Assembly (NCBI GenBank): GCA_038209745.1
Contig: JBBQXJ010000003.1
Location: forward strand, 1-64,000
Origin: Verrucomicrobiota bacterium
GTDB lineage: Bacteria > Verrucomicrobiota > Verrucomicrobiia > Limisphaerales > CANJSG01
DNA: 64,000 nucleotides
Direction of reading: 5' to 3'
Position 1 is the first letter of the stretch. Each line of letters opens with the position of its first letter. A model generated the notes under the pieces. That model ran no database searches. It was given only the letters and a program-made list of their open reading frames with translations, and was not told the origin of the DNA. Shown in pieces: positions 8,128-17,711 of this stretch. The translations under genes and the position numbers were made by a program.

Positions 8128-9885
8128 TTACTTCTTCAGTTCGGCGATCCGGGCATCGAGCTTCTTCAGCATGATCGTGATGAAGGGCTTGCTTTTGTCG
8201 TTGGCGGCGCTGAGGCGTCCTGCGAAGTCGGCCTTTTGTTTCTCCAGCTGGGCGACATCGGTGACGCCGGAGATGAAGGCCATGAACTTGTGGACGACGG
8301 GCTTCTGCTCCGGAGAAAGACCGGTGAGGTCGGCGTCGGCGTCGGTGGTGGTGCCGGCTTTCCGGGTGTAGGTGGCCACGCTGCGGTTCTCCGCGGTCAG
8401 ATACTTCTTCGCCACGCGCACCACGTCTTCGGCGGTGACGGCCTGGAGCAGCGGGCCTTCGTCGTTGATTTCGCGCCAGGTGCCGGAGCCCTCGCTGAAC
8501 ATCAACTGGTAGAGGATGGGCATGTTGGCCGAGAGCTTGCGATATTGGGCGGCGGCGAACTGGTTCTTCACCTTCTGCAGTTCGAGGGCGGGCACGGGCT
8601 CGGTCTTGAGCTTTTCCAGCTCGGCATAGAGGCCCTTCTCCAGATCGTCGGGCTTGAAGCCGTCCGCGACCTCGCCGCCGGCATTGAAGAGGCCGGCCCA
8701 CTTCTGCGACTGCTGCTGGGCGTAGGCGGCGGTGGCGACCTTCGAGCCCAGGACCAGCCCCTTGTAGAAGCGGCCGGTGCGGCCGTTGAGCAACTGGGCC
8801 AACACGTCGAGCGCGTAGGAGTCCTTGTGGCGGAAGGGAACGCTGTGCCAGACGATGTCCACCTGCGGATTGGTCTCGGCTGCGGCGTCCATGCGCTTTG
8901 CGGCTTCCTGCTTCACCTCCAGGGTCACGACATCGGGCGCGGGCCTGTCGCCCTTGGGGATGCGACCGAGGTATTCCTCCGCCAAGGCCAGCGTCTTCGC
9001 CGGGTCGAAGTCGCCCACCAGGATGGCCGTGAGGTTCTGCGGCTGGTAATAGAGCGCGTAGAACTTGTCCGCGTCGCTTTTCGAGATCGAGGGGATGTCC
9101 GAGGGCCACCCGAGGACGGGCCAACTGTAGGGGTGGGACTCCCAGACCATGGAGTTGAACTCTTCGCCGAACTTGCCCAACGGCGTGGATTCGGTCCGCA
9201 TCCGCCGTTCCTCGAAGACCACGTCCCGCTCGGCGTAGAACTCGCGGAAGACCGGGTGCAGCAGCCGTTCAGATTCCATCCAGAACCACAGCTCCAGCTT
9301 GTTGGCCGGCACGGTGATGAAGTAGGCGGTAAGATCCTCCGTGGTGAAGGCGTTCATGCCCGAGCCGCCGGCCGCCGTGTAGATCTGGTCGAACTCGTTC
9401 TTCACCAGAACCGAGCGCTGGTCCTCGATCAGCTTCTTGAACTCCTTCTCCAGCTCCTTCCAGCGCGGGGTCATGTTCTCGTATTTCGAGGGGTCGTCGA
9501 TCTCGCCCCGACGATATTCCGCACGGACCTTGCGCTCCTCTTCCCGCATCTGGTCCCGGACGCGTTCCTGGTCGGCCATGATCTGTTGATCCTTGGCGTA
9601 GTCCTTGGTGCCGATGGTCGGGGTGCCCTTGAACATCATGTGCTCGAAGAGATGGGCGATGCCGGTGATGCCGGGCCGTTCGTTGGAGCTGCCCACATGC
9701 GCGACCCAGCCGCCGGCCACGTTCGGTTCCCCGTCGCGGTGGACGAGGAGCAGCTTCATGCCATTGGACAACACGTGCTCCTGCACGGGCAGTTCCTGGG
9801 CGGTCAGCAGGGTGGTGAAGAGAAGGCAGAGGAGCCCCGTCGCAACGCGCAGGGTCCGGAACGGAACGGAAAGGGGTCCAGTCAC
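8128..9885 (-). CDS. M16 family zinc peptidase, catalytic subunit
   Basis: GIAHLFEHMMFKG (HxxEH), NAFTTED and ERDVVFEERRMR; start estimated at GTG 9885 ahead of a signal peptide. Confidence 0.9.
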   Translation of the reverse strand: MTGPLSVPFRTLRVATGLLCLLFTTLLTAQELPVQEHVLSNGMKLLLVHRDGEPNVAGGWVAHVGSSNERPGITGIAHLFEHMMFKGTPTIGTKDYAKDQQIMADQERVRDQMREEERKVRAEYRRGEIDDPSKYENMTPRWKELEKEFKKLIEDQRSVLVKNEFDQIYTAAGGSGMNAFTTEDLTAYFITVPANKLELWFWMESERLLHPVFREFYAERDVVFEERRMRTESTPLGKFGEEFNSMVWESHPYSWPVLGWPSDIPSISKSDADKFYALYYQPQNLTAILVGDFDPAKTLALAEEYLGRIPKGDRPAPDVVTLEVKQEAAKRMDAAAETNPQVDIVWHSVPFRHKDSYALDVLAQLLNGRTGRFYKGLVLGSKVATAAYAQQQSQKWAGLFNAGGEVADGFKPDDLEKGLYAELEKLKTEPVPALELQKVKNQFAAAQYRKLSANMPILYQLMFSEGSGTWREINDEGPLLQAVTAEDVVRVAKKYLTAENRSVATYTRKAGTTTDADADLTGLSPEQKPVVHKFMAFISGVTDVAQLEKQKADFAGRLSAANDKSKPFITIMLKKLDARIAELKK

Positions 9886-10051
9886 GGGGAGGAAGTTGGC
9901 AGTCCGGCCCGGACCGTCAACCGGCAACCGTGAGTCTGTCCGGTCGCGGCAAGCAAGGAGGGCGGGGCGGCGGAGGGCTCTCGAACGCCCCCAGTTTCGG
10001 GCCTCGCCTTTCTGTCGCGATCTCGGAAAATCTCCCCAGATTTTCCGAGCC

Positions 10052-13000
10052 ATGCGCGTTTGTTTTTCATCCCCGTTTTTTCGACGAAGAGCCGTGCTCT
10101 CCCTGCTGCTCCCCGTCGCCCTGGCATTGTCCGGGTCCGTCGCGTCGGCGGCGACGGATTTCGCCAAGGAGATCGAGCCCATCCTGATCAAGCGCTGCTA
10201 CGAGTGCCACGGGCCCGACAAGCAGAAGGCCAATCTGCGGTTCGACTCCCGCGCCGCCGCGATGAAGCCCGCCAAGTCGGACCGGATCGCCGTGGTGCCC
10301 GGCAAGCCGGAGGACAGCGAGCTTCTCTTCCGCGTCACCTCGACCGATTCGGATGAGTTCATGCCGCCCAAGGGTGAACGGCTGGATCCGGGGCAGATCG
10401 CGGCGCTTCGCCGTTGGATCGCCGAGGGAGCGGTCTGGCCGGAAGTGGATGCCACGCGGCACTGGTCCTTTCTCGCGCCCGTCCGGTCCGAGCCGCCCCA
10501 GGTCAAGTCGGCCTCGACACCGGTCCACAACGCCATCGACCAATTTGTTCTGGCTCGTCTGGAAAAGGAGGGCATGACCCAGCAGCCCGAGGCGGACCGC
10601 GCCACTCTCATTCGCCGCGTGTCGCTTGATCTGACCGGACTGCCGCCTTCGTGGGCCGAGGTGGAGGCGTTCGAAAGAGACGCCTCACCCGATGCCTATG
10701 CCAAGCTCGTCGATCGACTCCTCGCATCTCCCCACTACGGCGAACACATGGCGCGCGGCTGGCTGGATCTCGCCCGCTACGCCGATTCCAACGGCTACCA
10801 GGTCGATCTCGCCCGCTCGGTCTGGCCCTATCGCGAATGGGTCATCAACGCGTTCAACCGGAACCAGCCCTTCGACCAGTTCACCATCGAGCAGCTCGCC
10901 GGCGATCTCCTCCCGAACCCGACCTTGGAGCAAAGGATCGCCACCGGCTTCAACCGCAACACCAAGGTCAACGACGAGGGCGGGGGCGATCCGGAGGAAT
11001 ACCGGGTCAAGGCGGTCAAGGATCGCGTCGCCACGCTGGGCTCGGCCTGGCTCGGACTCACGTTGAACTGTGCCGAGTGCCACACGCACAAATACGACCC
11101 GATCACCCATGAGGACTACTACCGCCTCTACGCCGTCTTCAACAACACGACCGATGCGGGCAACTATAGTCTCGGTCCGAACGTCCAGGTGCCGAAGCCC
11201 GATCTGAGCGAGACGGAAAACTACATCGGCGAGCGGCTGAAGCAGTCCAAACAGGATCTTGCCATGGCCGCCGTCCGGCTCGGGACGGAACAGAAAATGT
11301 GGGAGAACTCAGTCGCGAAACAGGGCGACGTCTGGCGCGTGCTGAACCTGACGAATGCCAATTCCACCGGTGGATCCAGCTTCACGAATCTGCCCGACGG
11401 CTCGTTGCTCGGGTTTGGTGTGAACCCGATCTACGACACCATCACGGTGGACGCGGGTACCGATCTCGCCGGAATCACCGCCGTCCTCCTGGAAGTGCTT
11501 CCCGATCCCAGCCTGCCGAAGAACGGCCCCGGTCGCTGGCGGGAGACGGGCAACTTCATCCTCGATGAATTCGGCATGAGCGCCACGCCGCTCAACGAGG
11601 CAGCGCGCCCCGCCAGCACCAACATCGTCTTCTCCGGCGCCACGGCGGACTGGGAGCAGGAATACTACCGCGCCGAACACGCCGTGGACCGGAATCCCAA
11701 GACCGGCTGGGCCATCGGCCCGAAGTTCGGCGAACGCCATTTCCTCGTCGCCCGTCTCAAACAGTCGGCGGGTTACCCGGGCGGCAGCCGGCTTTCGTTC
11801 CGCTTCGACCACTACCACGGCAACAGCCATTGCATCGGGCGCTTCCGCATCTCCGTCACCACGGAGAAGGATCCGGCCGCGCTGTGGCCCGTGTCCGAAG
11901 AAGTCCGGGACGCCCTCACGACAAACCGGGCGAAGCGCGCTCCGGAGCAGGTCGCATTGCTGGCCGAAGCCCATCGTTCCTCGTCCGAAACCGTCCGTTC
12001 GCTTGAGCGTGAAATCTACCGGCTGGAGCAGAAACAGAAGCGGATCGCCGCCCAGAATTTCACCACGCTCGTCATGCAGGAGCGGACCAATGCGGAACCG
12101 CGCGAATCCTATATCCAGATGCGCGGCGACTTCCTGACCAAGGGCAAGGACGTCACGCCCGGAGTTCCCGCTTTCTTGCCGCCGTTGCCCGGCAATGAAC
12201 CCGCCAACCGTCTCGCGCTCGCCCAGTGGCTGGTCGATCCCGCCAATCCGTTGACCGCCCGCGTCACGGTGAACCATTTCTGGGAACGCTGCTTCGGCAC
12301 CGGTCTGGTCAAGACCAGCGAGGACTTCGGCCGCCAGGGCGAAGCGCCGTCGCATCCCGGGCTGCTCGATTGGCTCGCGACCGAATTCATCCGCACCGGC
12401 TGGGACGTGAAAGCCATGCAGAAGCTGATCGTCCTGTCGGCCACTTATCGCCAGAGCGCCGTCACCGACGCGACCCGGCAGGAGAAGGACTTATACAATC
12501 GGCTTTTGTCACACGGCCCGCGCTTCCGCATGGATGCCGAAATGATCCGCGACCACGCGCTCGCGGTCAGCGGCCTGCTGAATCCCAAGGTCGGCGGCCC
12601 GAGCGTCTATCCCGTGCAGGTGCCGAATCTGTGGAAGGAGATCGGGTTCCTCCGGCCCGAGATCGGCATGGACGAATGGCCCGTCAGCGAGGGGCCTGAT
12701 CTGTATCGCCGCGCGGTCTACACCTTCTGGCGCCGCGTCTGCACCTACCCGACGTTCGCCACCTTCGACGCCCCCAGCCGCGAAGTCTGCGCCGCCCGCC
12801 GCCCGCGCACCAACACGCCATTGCAGGCGCTCGCCGGCCTGAACGAACCGACTTTGCTGGAAGCCGCCCGTGTCTTCGCCCAGCGCATCCTCACGGAAGG
12901 CGGCCGCACTGATGAAGAACGGATCGTCTTCGCCTTCCGAGCAAGCGTGGACCGCTCTCCCACTGACCTGGAGAAGGCCCGATTGCTCGCATTCGTGCGA

Positions 13001-13162
13001 CAGCAGCAAAGCGGCTTTGCCGGTGAACCCAAGTCGGCCGAGCAATTCATCGCCGTCGGTTCTGCCGACCGGCCCGCCAGTATCGACCAACGCCGGCTCG
13101 CCGCCTGGATGATGGTGGCGAACGTGTTGTTCAACCTGGATGAAACGCTGACGAAAGGGTGA
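10052..13162 (+). CDS. Planctomycete cytochrome c / DUF1549 / DUF1553 (PSD1) protein
   Basis: CYECH heme motif, HWSF, LIRRVSLDLTGLPP, WLDLARYADS, CAECHTHKYDP, NPLTARVTVN, TNTPLQAL; start ATG 10052. Confidence 0.93.
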   Translation: MRVCFSSPFFRRRAVLSLLLPVALALSGSVASAATDFAKEIEPILIKRCYECHGPDKQKANLRFDSRAAAMKPAKSDRIAVVPGKPEDSELLFRVTSTDSDEFMPPKGERLDPGQIAALRRWIAEGAVWPEVDATRHWSFLAPVRSEPPQVKSASTPVHNAIDQFVLARLEKEGMTQQPEADRATLIRRVSLDLTGLPPSWAEVEAFERDASPDAYAKLVDRLLASPHYGEHMARGWLDLARYADSNGYQVDLARSVWPYREWVINAFNRNQPFDQFTIEQLAGDLLPNPTLEQRIATGFNRNTKVNDEGGGDPEEYRVKAVKDRVATLGSAWLGLTLNCAECHTHKYDPITHEDYYRLYAVFNNTTDAGNYSLGPNVQVPKPDLSETENYIGERLKQSKQDLAMAAVRLGTEQKMWENSVAKQGDVWRVLNLTNANSTGGSSFTNLPDGSLLGFGVNPIYDTITVDAGTDLAGITAVLLEVLPDPSLPKNGPGRWRETGNFILDEFGMSATPLNEAARPASTNIVFSGATADWEQEYYRAEHAVDRNPKTGWAIGPKFGERHFLVARLKQSAGYPGGSRLSFRFDHYHGNSHCIGRFRISVTTEKDPAALWPVSEEVRDALTTNRAKRAPEQVALLAEAHRSSSETVRSLEREIYRLEQKQKRIAAQNFTTLVMQERTNAEPRESYIQMRGDFLTKGKDVTPGVPAFLPPLPGNEPANRLALAQWLVDPANPLTARVTVNHFWERCFGTGLVKTSEDFGRQGEAPSHPGLLDWLATEFIRTGWDVKAMQKLIVLSATYRQSAVTDATRQEKDLYNRLLSHGPRFRMDAEMIRDHALAVSGLLNPKVGGPSVYPVQVPNLWKEIGFLRPEIGMDEWPVSEGPDLYRRAVYTFWRRVCTYPTFATFDAPSREVCAARRPRTNTPLQALAGLNEPTLLEAARVFAQRILTEGGRTDEERIVFAFRASVDRSPTDLEKARLLAFVRQQQSGFAGEPKSAEQFIAVGSADRPASIDQRRLAAWMMVANVLFNLDETLTKG

Positions 13163-13173
13163 AAAACAGAGTG

Positions 13174-13201
13174 TTCAGTTGTCAGTGATCAGAATTCAGT
13201 C
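13174..13201 (+). repeat. Heptamer array (nTCAGnn x4) upstream of the four-helix-bundle gene
   Basis: TTCAGTT GTCAGTG ATCAGAA TTCAGTC, with TCAG every 7 nt. Confidence 0.75.
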
Positions 13202-13216
13202 TCCGTGGAGAACGCC

Positions 13217-13666
13217 ATGAATTCGACTACGCTTCCCTATGCAAAGAGCTTTCGCGAGCTGCTCGTCTATCAGAGGCAACGCCAGCTTTCGCGCGAGGTG
13301 TTCAAGGTCTCAAAGACGTTTCCGTCCGAAGAGCGCTTTTCGCTGACTGATCAGATCCGCCGTTCAGCCCGTTCCATAGGGGCACAGATCGCCGAGTCAT
13401 GGGCGAAACGCGCCTTCGAACGACACTTCGTTTCCAGGCTCAGCGATGCCGACGCTGGACAAATGGAAACACAGCACTGGTTGGAGACGGCCAAAGACGA
13501 CGGCTACCTTTCGGCACTGGACTACGCCCGAATGCTCGGACGCTGTGAAGAGATCGGCCGGATGCTGGGCAGTATGATGGAACGGTCCTCTTCATTTTGC
13601 CGCGGCGGCGTCCTGCCCGATGAATCCGCCCGTTACTATTGCGCAGAAGCACCCACGGGCGACTGA
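13217..13666 (+). CDS. Four helix bundle protein (23S rRNA IVS-protein / TIGR02436-like family)
   Basis: [62 protein letters not shown]; alternative start GTG 13205. Confidence 0.92.
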   Translation: MNSTTLPYAKSFRELLVYQRQRQLSREVFKVSKTFPSEERFSLTDQIRRSARSIGAQIAESWAKRAFERHFVSRLSDADAGQMETQHWLETAKDDGYLSALDYARMLGRCEEIGRMLGSMMERSSSFCRGGVLPDESARYYCAEAPTGD

Positions 13667-13688
13667 AGACTGAAGACTGTCTACCGAA
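13661..13688 (+). repeat. Heptamer array (GACTGAA-type x4), inverted relative to 13174..13201
   Basis: GACTGAA GACTGAA GACTGTC TACCGAA; GACTGAA is the reverse complement of TTCAGTC. Confidence 0.75.
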
Positions 13689-13704
13689 TACTTTTCACCC
13701 TGCC

Positions 13705-15150
13705 ATGCACTCCCTCCCTCCTCCGATTCTCGATTCCCTCCGCGCCACCACCCGTCGCCGGTTCCTCCAGCAGTGTGGCTCGGGCATGGGCGCGTTGGCG
13801 CTGGGGTCGCTGTTCAACGACAAGCTCTTCGCCGCCGGCAGCGCGGTGCCGATCATCGGGCAGCCGCATTTCGCGCCCAAGGCGAAGAACATCATCTATC
13901 TCTTCCAGTCCGGCGGGCCGTCGCATCTTGATCTCTTCGATCGCAAGCCGGAGCTTCAGAAGCGTGATGGCCAGCAAGTGCCCGAGGAGCTCGTGAAGAA
14001 CATCCGCCTCGCGCAGATCGGCAAGGAGGCCAAGCTCCTGGCTTCGCCCTACAAGTTCGCCCAATACGGCAAGTCCGGCGTCTGGCTCAGCGAACTGTTG
14101 CCGCATCTCCAGACCGTCGCGGACGACGTCTGCTTCGTGCAGGGCTTCTACTCCGAGGCCTTCAACCACGATCCAGCGACGATCTTTATGAACACCGGCG
14201 CGCAGCTTGCCGGTCGGCCCGCGATGGGTTCGTGGTTCAGCTACGGTCTCGGCAGCGAGAACAAGGACCTGCCCGCGTTCGTCGTGCTCATGACCGGCGT
14301 GGGCCAGCCGTTGACCAACGCGTCTTGGGGCAGCGGCTTTCTCCCGACCGTCCACCAGGGCGTGACCATGCGGTCGCAGGGCGATCCCGTGCTCTACGTC
14401 GGCAATCCGCACGGCATGGGCAGCGAGCGCCGCCGTCAATCGCTCGACGCCATCCGCGATCTCAACCAGATGCGCTACGACGTGTTGAAGGATCCCGAGA
14501 TCGAGACCCGCATCGCCTCCTACGAACTCGCCTACAAGATGCAGACGAGCGTGCCCGAGGTCATGGACATCTCGAAGGAGTCGCCCGCGACCCACGAGGC
14601 CTACGGCGCTTCGCCCGGCCGCGCTTCGTTCGCCAACAACTGCCTGCTCGCGCGCCGGCTCGTGGAGCGCGGCGTCCGCTTCGTGCAGCTCTACCATCGC
14701 GGCTGGGACCATCACGGCGGGCCCGACGGCAACCTGGTCTATGACTTGAAGAAGCGCTGCGCCGAAACGGATCAACCCGCCGTCGCGCTGATCAAGGATC
14801 TGAAGGAGCGCGGTCTGTTGGATGAGACGCTGGTGCTGTGGGGCGGGGAATTCGGTCGCACGCCAATGATGCAGGGCGCGCTCAAGCCGGATCAGATCGG
14901 GCGCGACCATCATCCGCACGGCTACACCGTCTGGATGGCCGGCGGCGGGATCAAGCCGGGCACGGTCTATGGCGGCACGGACGACTTCGGCTTCTACGCC
15001 GCCGAGAACAAGGTCCACGTCCACGATCTGCACGCGACCATTCTGCACCTCTTCGGCATCGACCACCTGAAGCTCACCCATCGCTTCCAGGGCCGCGACT
15101 TCCGTCTGACGGACGTTCACGGAGAAGTGGTGAAGGGGATCCTGGCCTGA
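13705..15150 (+). CDS. DUF1501 family (alkaline phosphatase/sulfatase-fold) Tat protein
   Basis: RRRFL Tat motif, [58 protein letters not shown]. Confidence 0.93.
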   Translation: MHSLPPPILDSLRATTRRRFLQQCGSGMGALALGSLFNDKLFAAGSAVPIIGQPHFAPKAKNIIYLFQSGGPSHLDLFDRKPELQKRDGQQVPEELVKNIRLAQIGKEAKLLASPYKFAQYGKSGVWLSELLPHLQTVADDVCFVQGFYSEAFNHDPATIFMNTGAQLAGRPAMGSWFSYGLGSENKDLPAFVVLMTGVGQPLTNASWGSGFLPTVHQGVTMRSQGDPVLYVGNPHGMGSERRRQSLDAIRDLNQMRYDVLKDPEIETRIASYELAYKMQTSVPEVMDISKESPATHEAYGASPGRASFANNCLLARRLVERGVRFVQLYHRGWDHHGGPDGNLVYDLKKRCAETDQPAVALIKDLKERGLLDETLVLWGGEFGRTPMMQGALKPDQIGRDHHPHGYTVWMAGGGIKPGTVYGGTDDFGFYAAENKVHVHDLHATILHLFGIDHLKLTHRFQGRDFRLTDVHGEVVKGILA

Positions 15151-15207
15151 CCGATCTGAGCGGTCGTGGGATCGACGTTGGCCGTGGAACGATGGCCGGC
15201 TTTTGGG

Positions 15208-15543
15208 TCAGTTCGCCTTGCCGTAGTTCTTCACCAGATAGTCCACCACGGGATCGATCTTGTCGGCGGCCAAGGGTGCGCCGAACTTTTTCTGCATCTT
15301 GGTGACGGTGCCGGTCCATTGGGCCTTGGTCATCGGCGGCTGGCTGGAGATGTAGTCCACGGAGTGGCAGATCATGCAGTTGCCCGTGACGAGATCGGCT
15401 CCGGGGCCCGGTTTCAGCTTCGCGGTCTCGGCCGGCAGCTTCCATGAATCGATCGGGGCTTCTGCGCCCATGGCGAACCAGGCTCCGAAGGAAACGACGG
15501 CGACAGCAGCGGCCACGGCCGCGAGAGAGGTGATGGCTCGCAT
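15208..15543 (-). CDS. sorB: Monoheme cytochrome c, SorB-like
   Basis: Signal peptide, NCMICHSVDYI, WTGTVTKMQKKFGAP; directly downstream of the SorA-like gene. Confidence 0.8.
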   Translation of the reverse strand: MRAITSLAAVAAAVAVVSFGAWFAMGAEAPIDSWKLPAETAKLKPGPGADLVTGNCMICHSVDYISSQPPMTKAQWTGTVTKMQKKFGAPLAADKIDPVVDYLVKNYGKAN

Positions 15544-15546
15544 GGT

Positions 15547-16803
15547 TCAGGAAGCGTTGACGGTGACGGATTCGACGACGTTGCGCATGTAGCCCGACGG
15601 GTTCCACAGCGGCTCGAAGGGTTGCGATTGGCCGATGATGTTGGTGGCTTTGACCAGCAGGCGCTGTTCTCCGCTGGCCTTCGGTGTGAAGGGCGCCGTC
15701 CATTCGCGGAACGAATATTTGCCCAGATCCTTGCCCAGCTCCGCCGTGCTCCAGGTGCGACCGGCATCGGCGGAGAAGACCACGTCGCGGATGCCGTAGC
15801 CGCCATCGAAGGCGATGCCCCGAACGGTCAGCGATTGGCCGGTCTTCACCTTGGCCCCGTCCTCGAGGCTGGTGATGAAGGAGCGGACGTTGAAGCGGGT
15901 GATCGGCACCGTTTTGCCGGGAGCCGTCCCCGGCGGGACACAGGCGCCGGCGTTGTCGGGAATGCGGTAGGCGGGGTCCATCCAGAAGCCCTTGAACTGC
16001 GAATCCACCACCGTGATCTCGTTCAGGTGCTTGATCCAATAGGTGCCGTAGTGGCCTGGGACGACGAGCCGCAGCGGGAATCCGTTGAGCCAGGGCAGCG
16101 GTTCGCCGTTCATCTCGTAGGCCAGGAGGATGTCGGGATCGAGCGCGTGGTCGGTGTCGAGCGCCTTGATGAAGTCGGGGATCGTCGGCAGCGGACCCTT
16201 GTCCAGACCGTTGAAGACGACCTGCACGGCGTCCGCTTCCAGTCCCGCCTTGTTCAACACGTCGCGCAGCCGGACACCCGTCCAACGGGCGTTGCCCATG
16301 GCGCCGTTGCCGAGTTGGCCGCCGGGCACCCGGGGCTTGAAGAAGCCACGGCTGTTTCCGGAGCACTGGTTCACAGCGACGATCTCCACCGGCTCGAACT
16401 TCGCCTTCAGGTCGGCGACGGACAGCTCCAGCGGCGTCTTGACCTTGCCCTTCACGGTCACGCGGAACGCCTCGGGCGTGAGCAGCTCGGGTGCGGGCGG
16501 GGCGATGGAGAGATGGTAGCGGACGAAGTGGGCGTCGTTCGGCGTGAGAATGCCCTCGTTGAAGACGGAGAACGGCGTCTCCAGCTGGGGTGGGCGCGAC
16601 GTGAGGAGCAGCAGCGGCCGTTTTTGCGGATACTTCACGAGCCGCCGTTCGCCGTTCTCGAACGGCAGCGTGACCGACTCCTGGGCCAATGCGACGGCGC
16701 CGGGGAGCAGGGCGGCCGCCGTGGCCGCGCGCAGAAGAAAACTTCGTCGGTTCAAGCGGCCGTTCTGTTCAAGTCGATCCATGGTGGGCTTGGACGGAGT
16801 CAT
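15547..16803 (-). CDS. sorA: Molybdopterin sulfite:cytochrome c oxidoreductase subunit A (sulfite oxidase family)
   Basis: Tat RRSFL; RPPQLETP, FVRYH, QCSGNSRG (Mo-ligating Cys), NGFPLRLVVPG, WNPSGYMRN; start 16803 or 16782. Confidence 0.88.
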   Translation of the reverse strand: MTPSKPTMDRLEQNGRLNRRSFLLRAATAAALLPGAVALAQESVTLPFENGERRLVKYPQKRPLLLLTSRPPQLETPFSVFNEGILTPNDAHFVRYHLSIAPPAPELLTPEAFRVTVKGKVKTPLELSVADLKAKFEPVEIVAVNQCSGNSRGFFKPRVPGGQLGNGAMGNARWTGVRLRDVLNKAGLEADAVQVVFNGLDKGPLPTIPDFIKALDTDHALDPDILLAYEMNGEPLPWLNGFPLRLVVPGHYGTYWIKHLNEITVVDSQFKGFWMDPAYRIPDNAGACVPPGTAPGKTVPITRFNVRSFITSLEDGAKVKTGQSLTVRGIAFDGGYGIRDVVFSADAGRTWSTAELGKDLGKYSFREWTAPFTPKASGEQRLLVKATNIIGQSQPFEPLWNPSGYMRNVVESVTVNAS

Positions 16804-16985
16804 GGCTAGGAACATTGAGCTGAATTTGCAGTTTACGCCAGATTTCCCGCTGTCCGGCATGGTGGGTCGCACGCGTCAAACTCAACTTGGGCAGCGGGCA
16901 GGACTGCGCGCCGATGTTCCGAGGCCCCGGCTCCAATTTTCTCGCCATTTGTCGGTCGACTTCCAAAGTCTCGGGAGGGTTTCCC

Positions 16986-17711
16986 ATGCGTCTCCTCTAC
17001 GTCGCTGATCTCCACTACACGCTGAAGCAGTTCGACTGGCTGCTCGCCCGGGCGGGCGACTACGACGCGACGGTGATCGGCGGTGATCTGCTCGACCTTG
17101 CCTCTCCCTTGGACCAGGACGTCCAGATCGCGATCGTGGAGAAGTATTTCAACCTGCTAAGGAAGAAGGGCCGCCTCGTGGTCAGCTCGGGAAACCATGA
17201 CGGCGACAGCCGCAACGAAGCCGACGAATCAGTCGCCGACTGGCTACAGCACTGTCGAGCGGCGGGAGTGCATGTGGATGGGGACGGCTTCGATCTGGGG
17301 GGGTGGCGCGTCTCGGTCTGCCCTTGGTGGGACGGGGACCAGTCCCGTGTAGAGCTGGAGTCGTTCCTGGAAACCGAGGCGCAGAAGAAAAAGAGCCGTT
17401 GGCTCTGGGTGCACCATGCGCCTCCGGAAGGGGCGCGAACCTGCTGGACCGGTCGGAAATTCGTCGGTGACGAAATGCTGCGCGGATGGATCGAACGCTT
17501 CCGGCCGGACATTGTATTGAGCGGCCATATCCACAATTCCCCATTCTACGAAGCGGGTTCATGGATCGACCGCATCGCCGATACTTGGGTCTTCAATCCC
17601 GGCCGGCAGATCGGGCCTGAACCCACTACGATCACGCTCGATCTCGACGCGATGACGGCGGAGTGGAATTCACTGGAGAGCAGCTCAGTCCGCGACCTCA
17701 GGATCGCGTAG
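16986..17711 (+). CDS. Metallophosphoesterase (calcineurin-like)
   Basis: DLH, GDLLD, GNHD, HHAPP, GHIH and NPG motifs; start ATG 16986. Confidence 0.9.
   Translation: MRLLYVADLHYTLKQFDWLLARAGDYDATVIGGDLLDLASPLDQDVQIAIVEKYFNLLRKKGRLVVSSGNHDGDSRNEADESVADWLQHCRAAGVHVDGDGFDLGGWRVSVCPWWDGDQSRVELESFLETEAQKKKSRWLWVHHAPPEGARTCWTGRKFVGDEMLRGWIERFRPDIVLSGHIHNSPFYEAGSWIDRIADTWVFNPGRQIGPEPTTITLDLDAMTAEWNSLESSSVRDLRIA

Noticed and set aside
4829..9933. Long plus-strand ORFs (615, 609 and 632 aa) opposite ggt and the M16 genes
   Set aside because: Antisense shadows of GC3-biased real genes with no motifs; the same applies to 13681..15120, 33697..35553, 55338..57875, 57608..59761 and 59945..62146.
9605..10191. 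Apparent head-to-head overlap of the M16 ORF (to 10191) and the DUF1553 ORF (from 9605)
   Set aside because: Both are over-extended ORF calls; signal peptides place the starts near 9885 and 10052, leaving a normal divergent gap.
13174..13688. Heptamer arrays as a CRISPR array, or the four-helix gene as Avd of a diversity-generating retroelement
   Set aside because: The repeats are 7 nt without spacers, and I see no cas gene, reverse transcriptase or TR/VR pair in the window.
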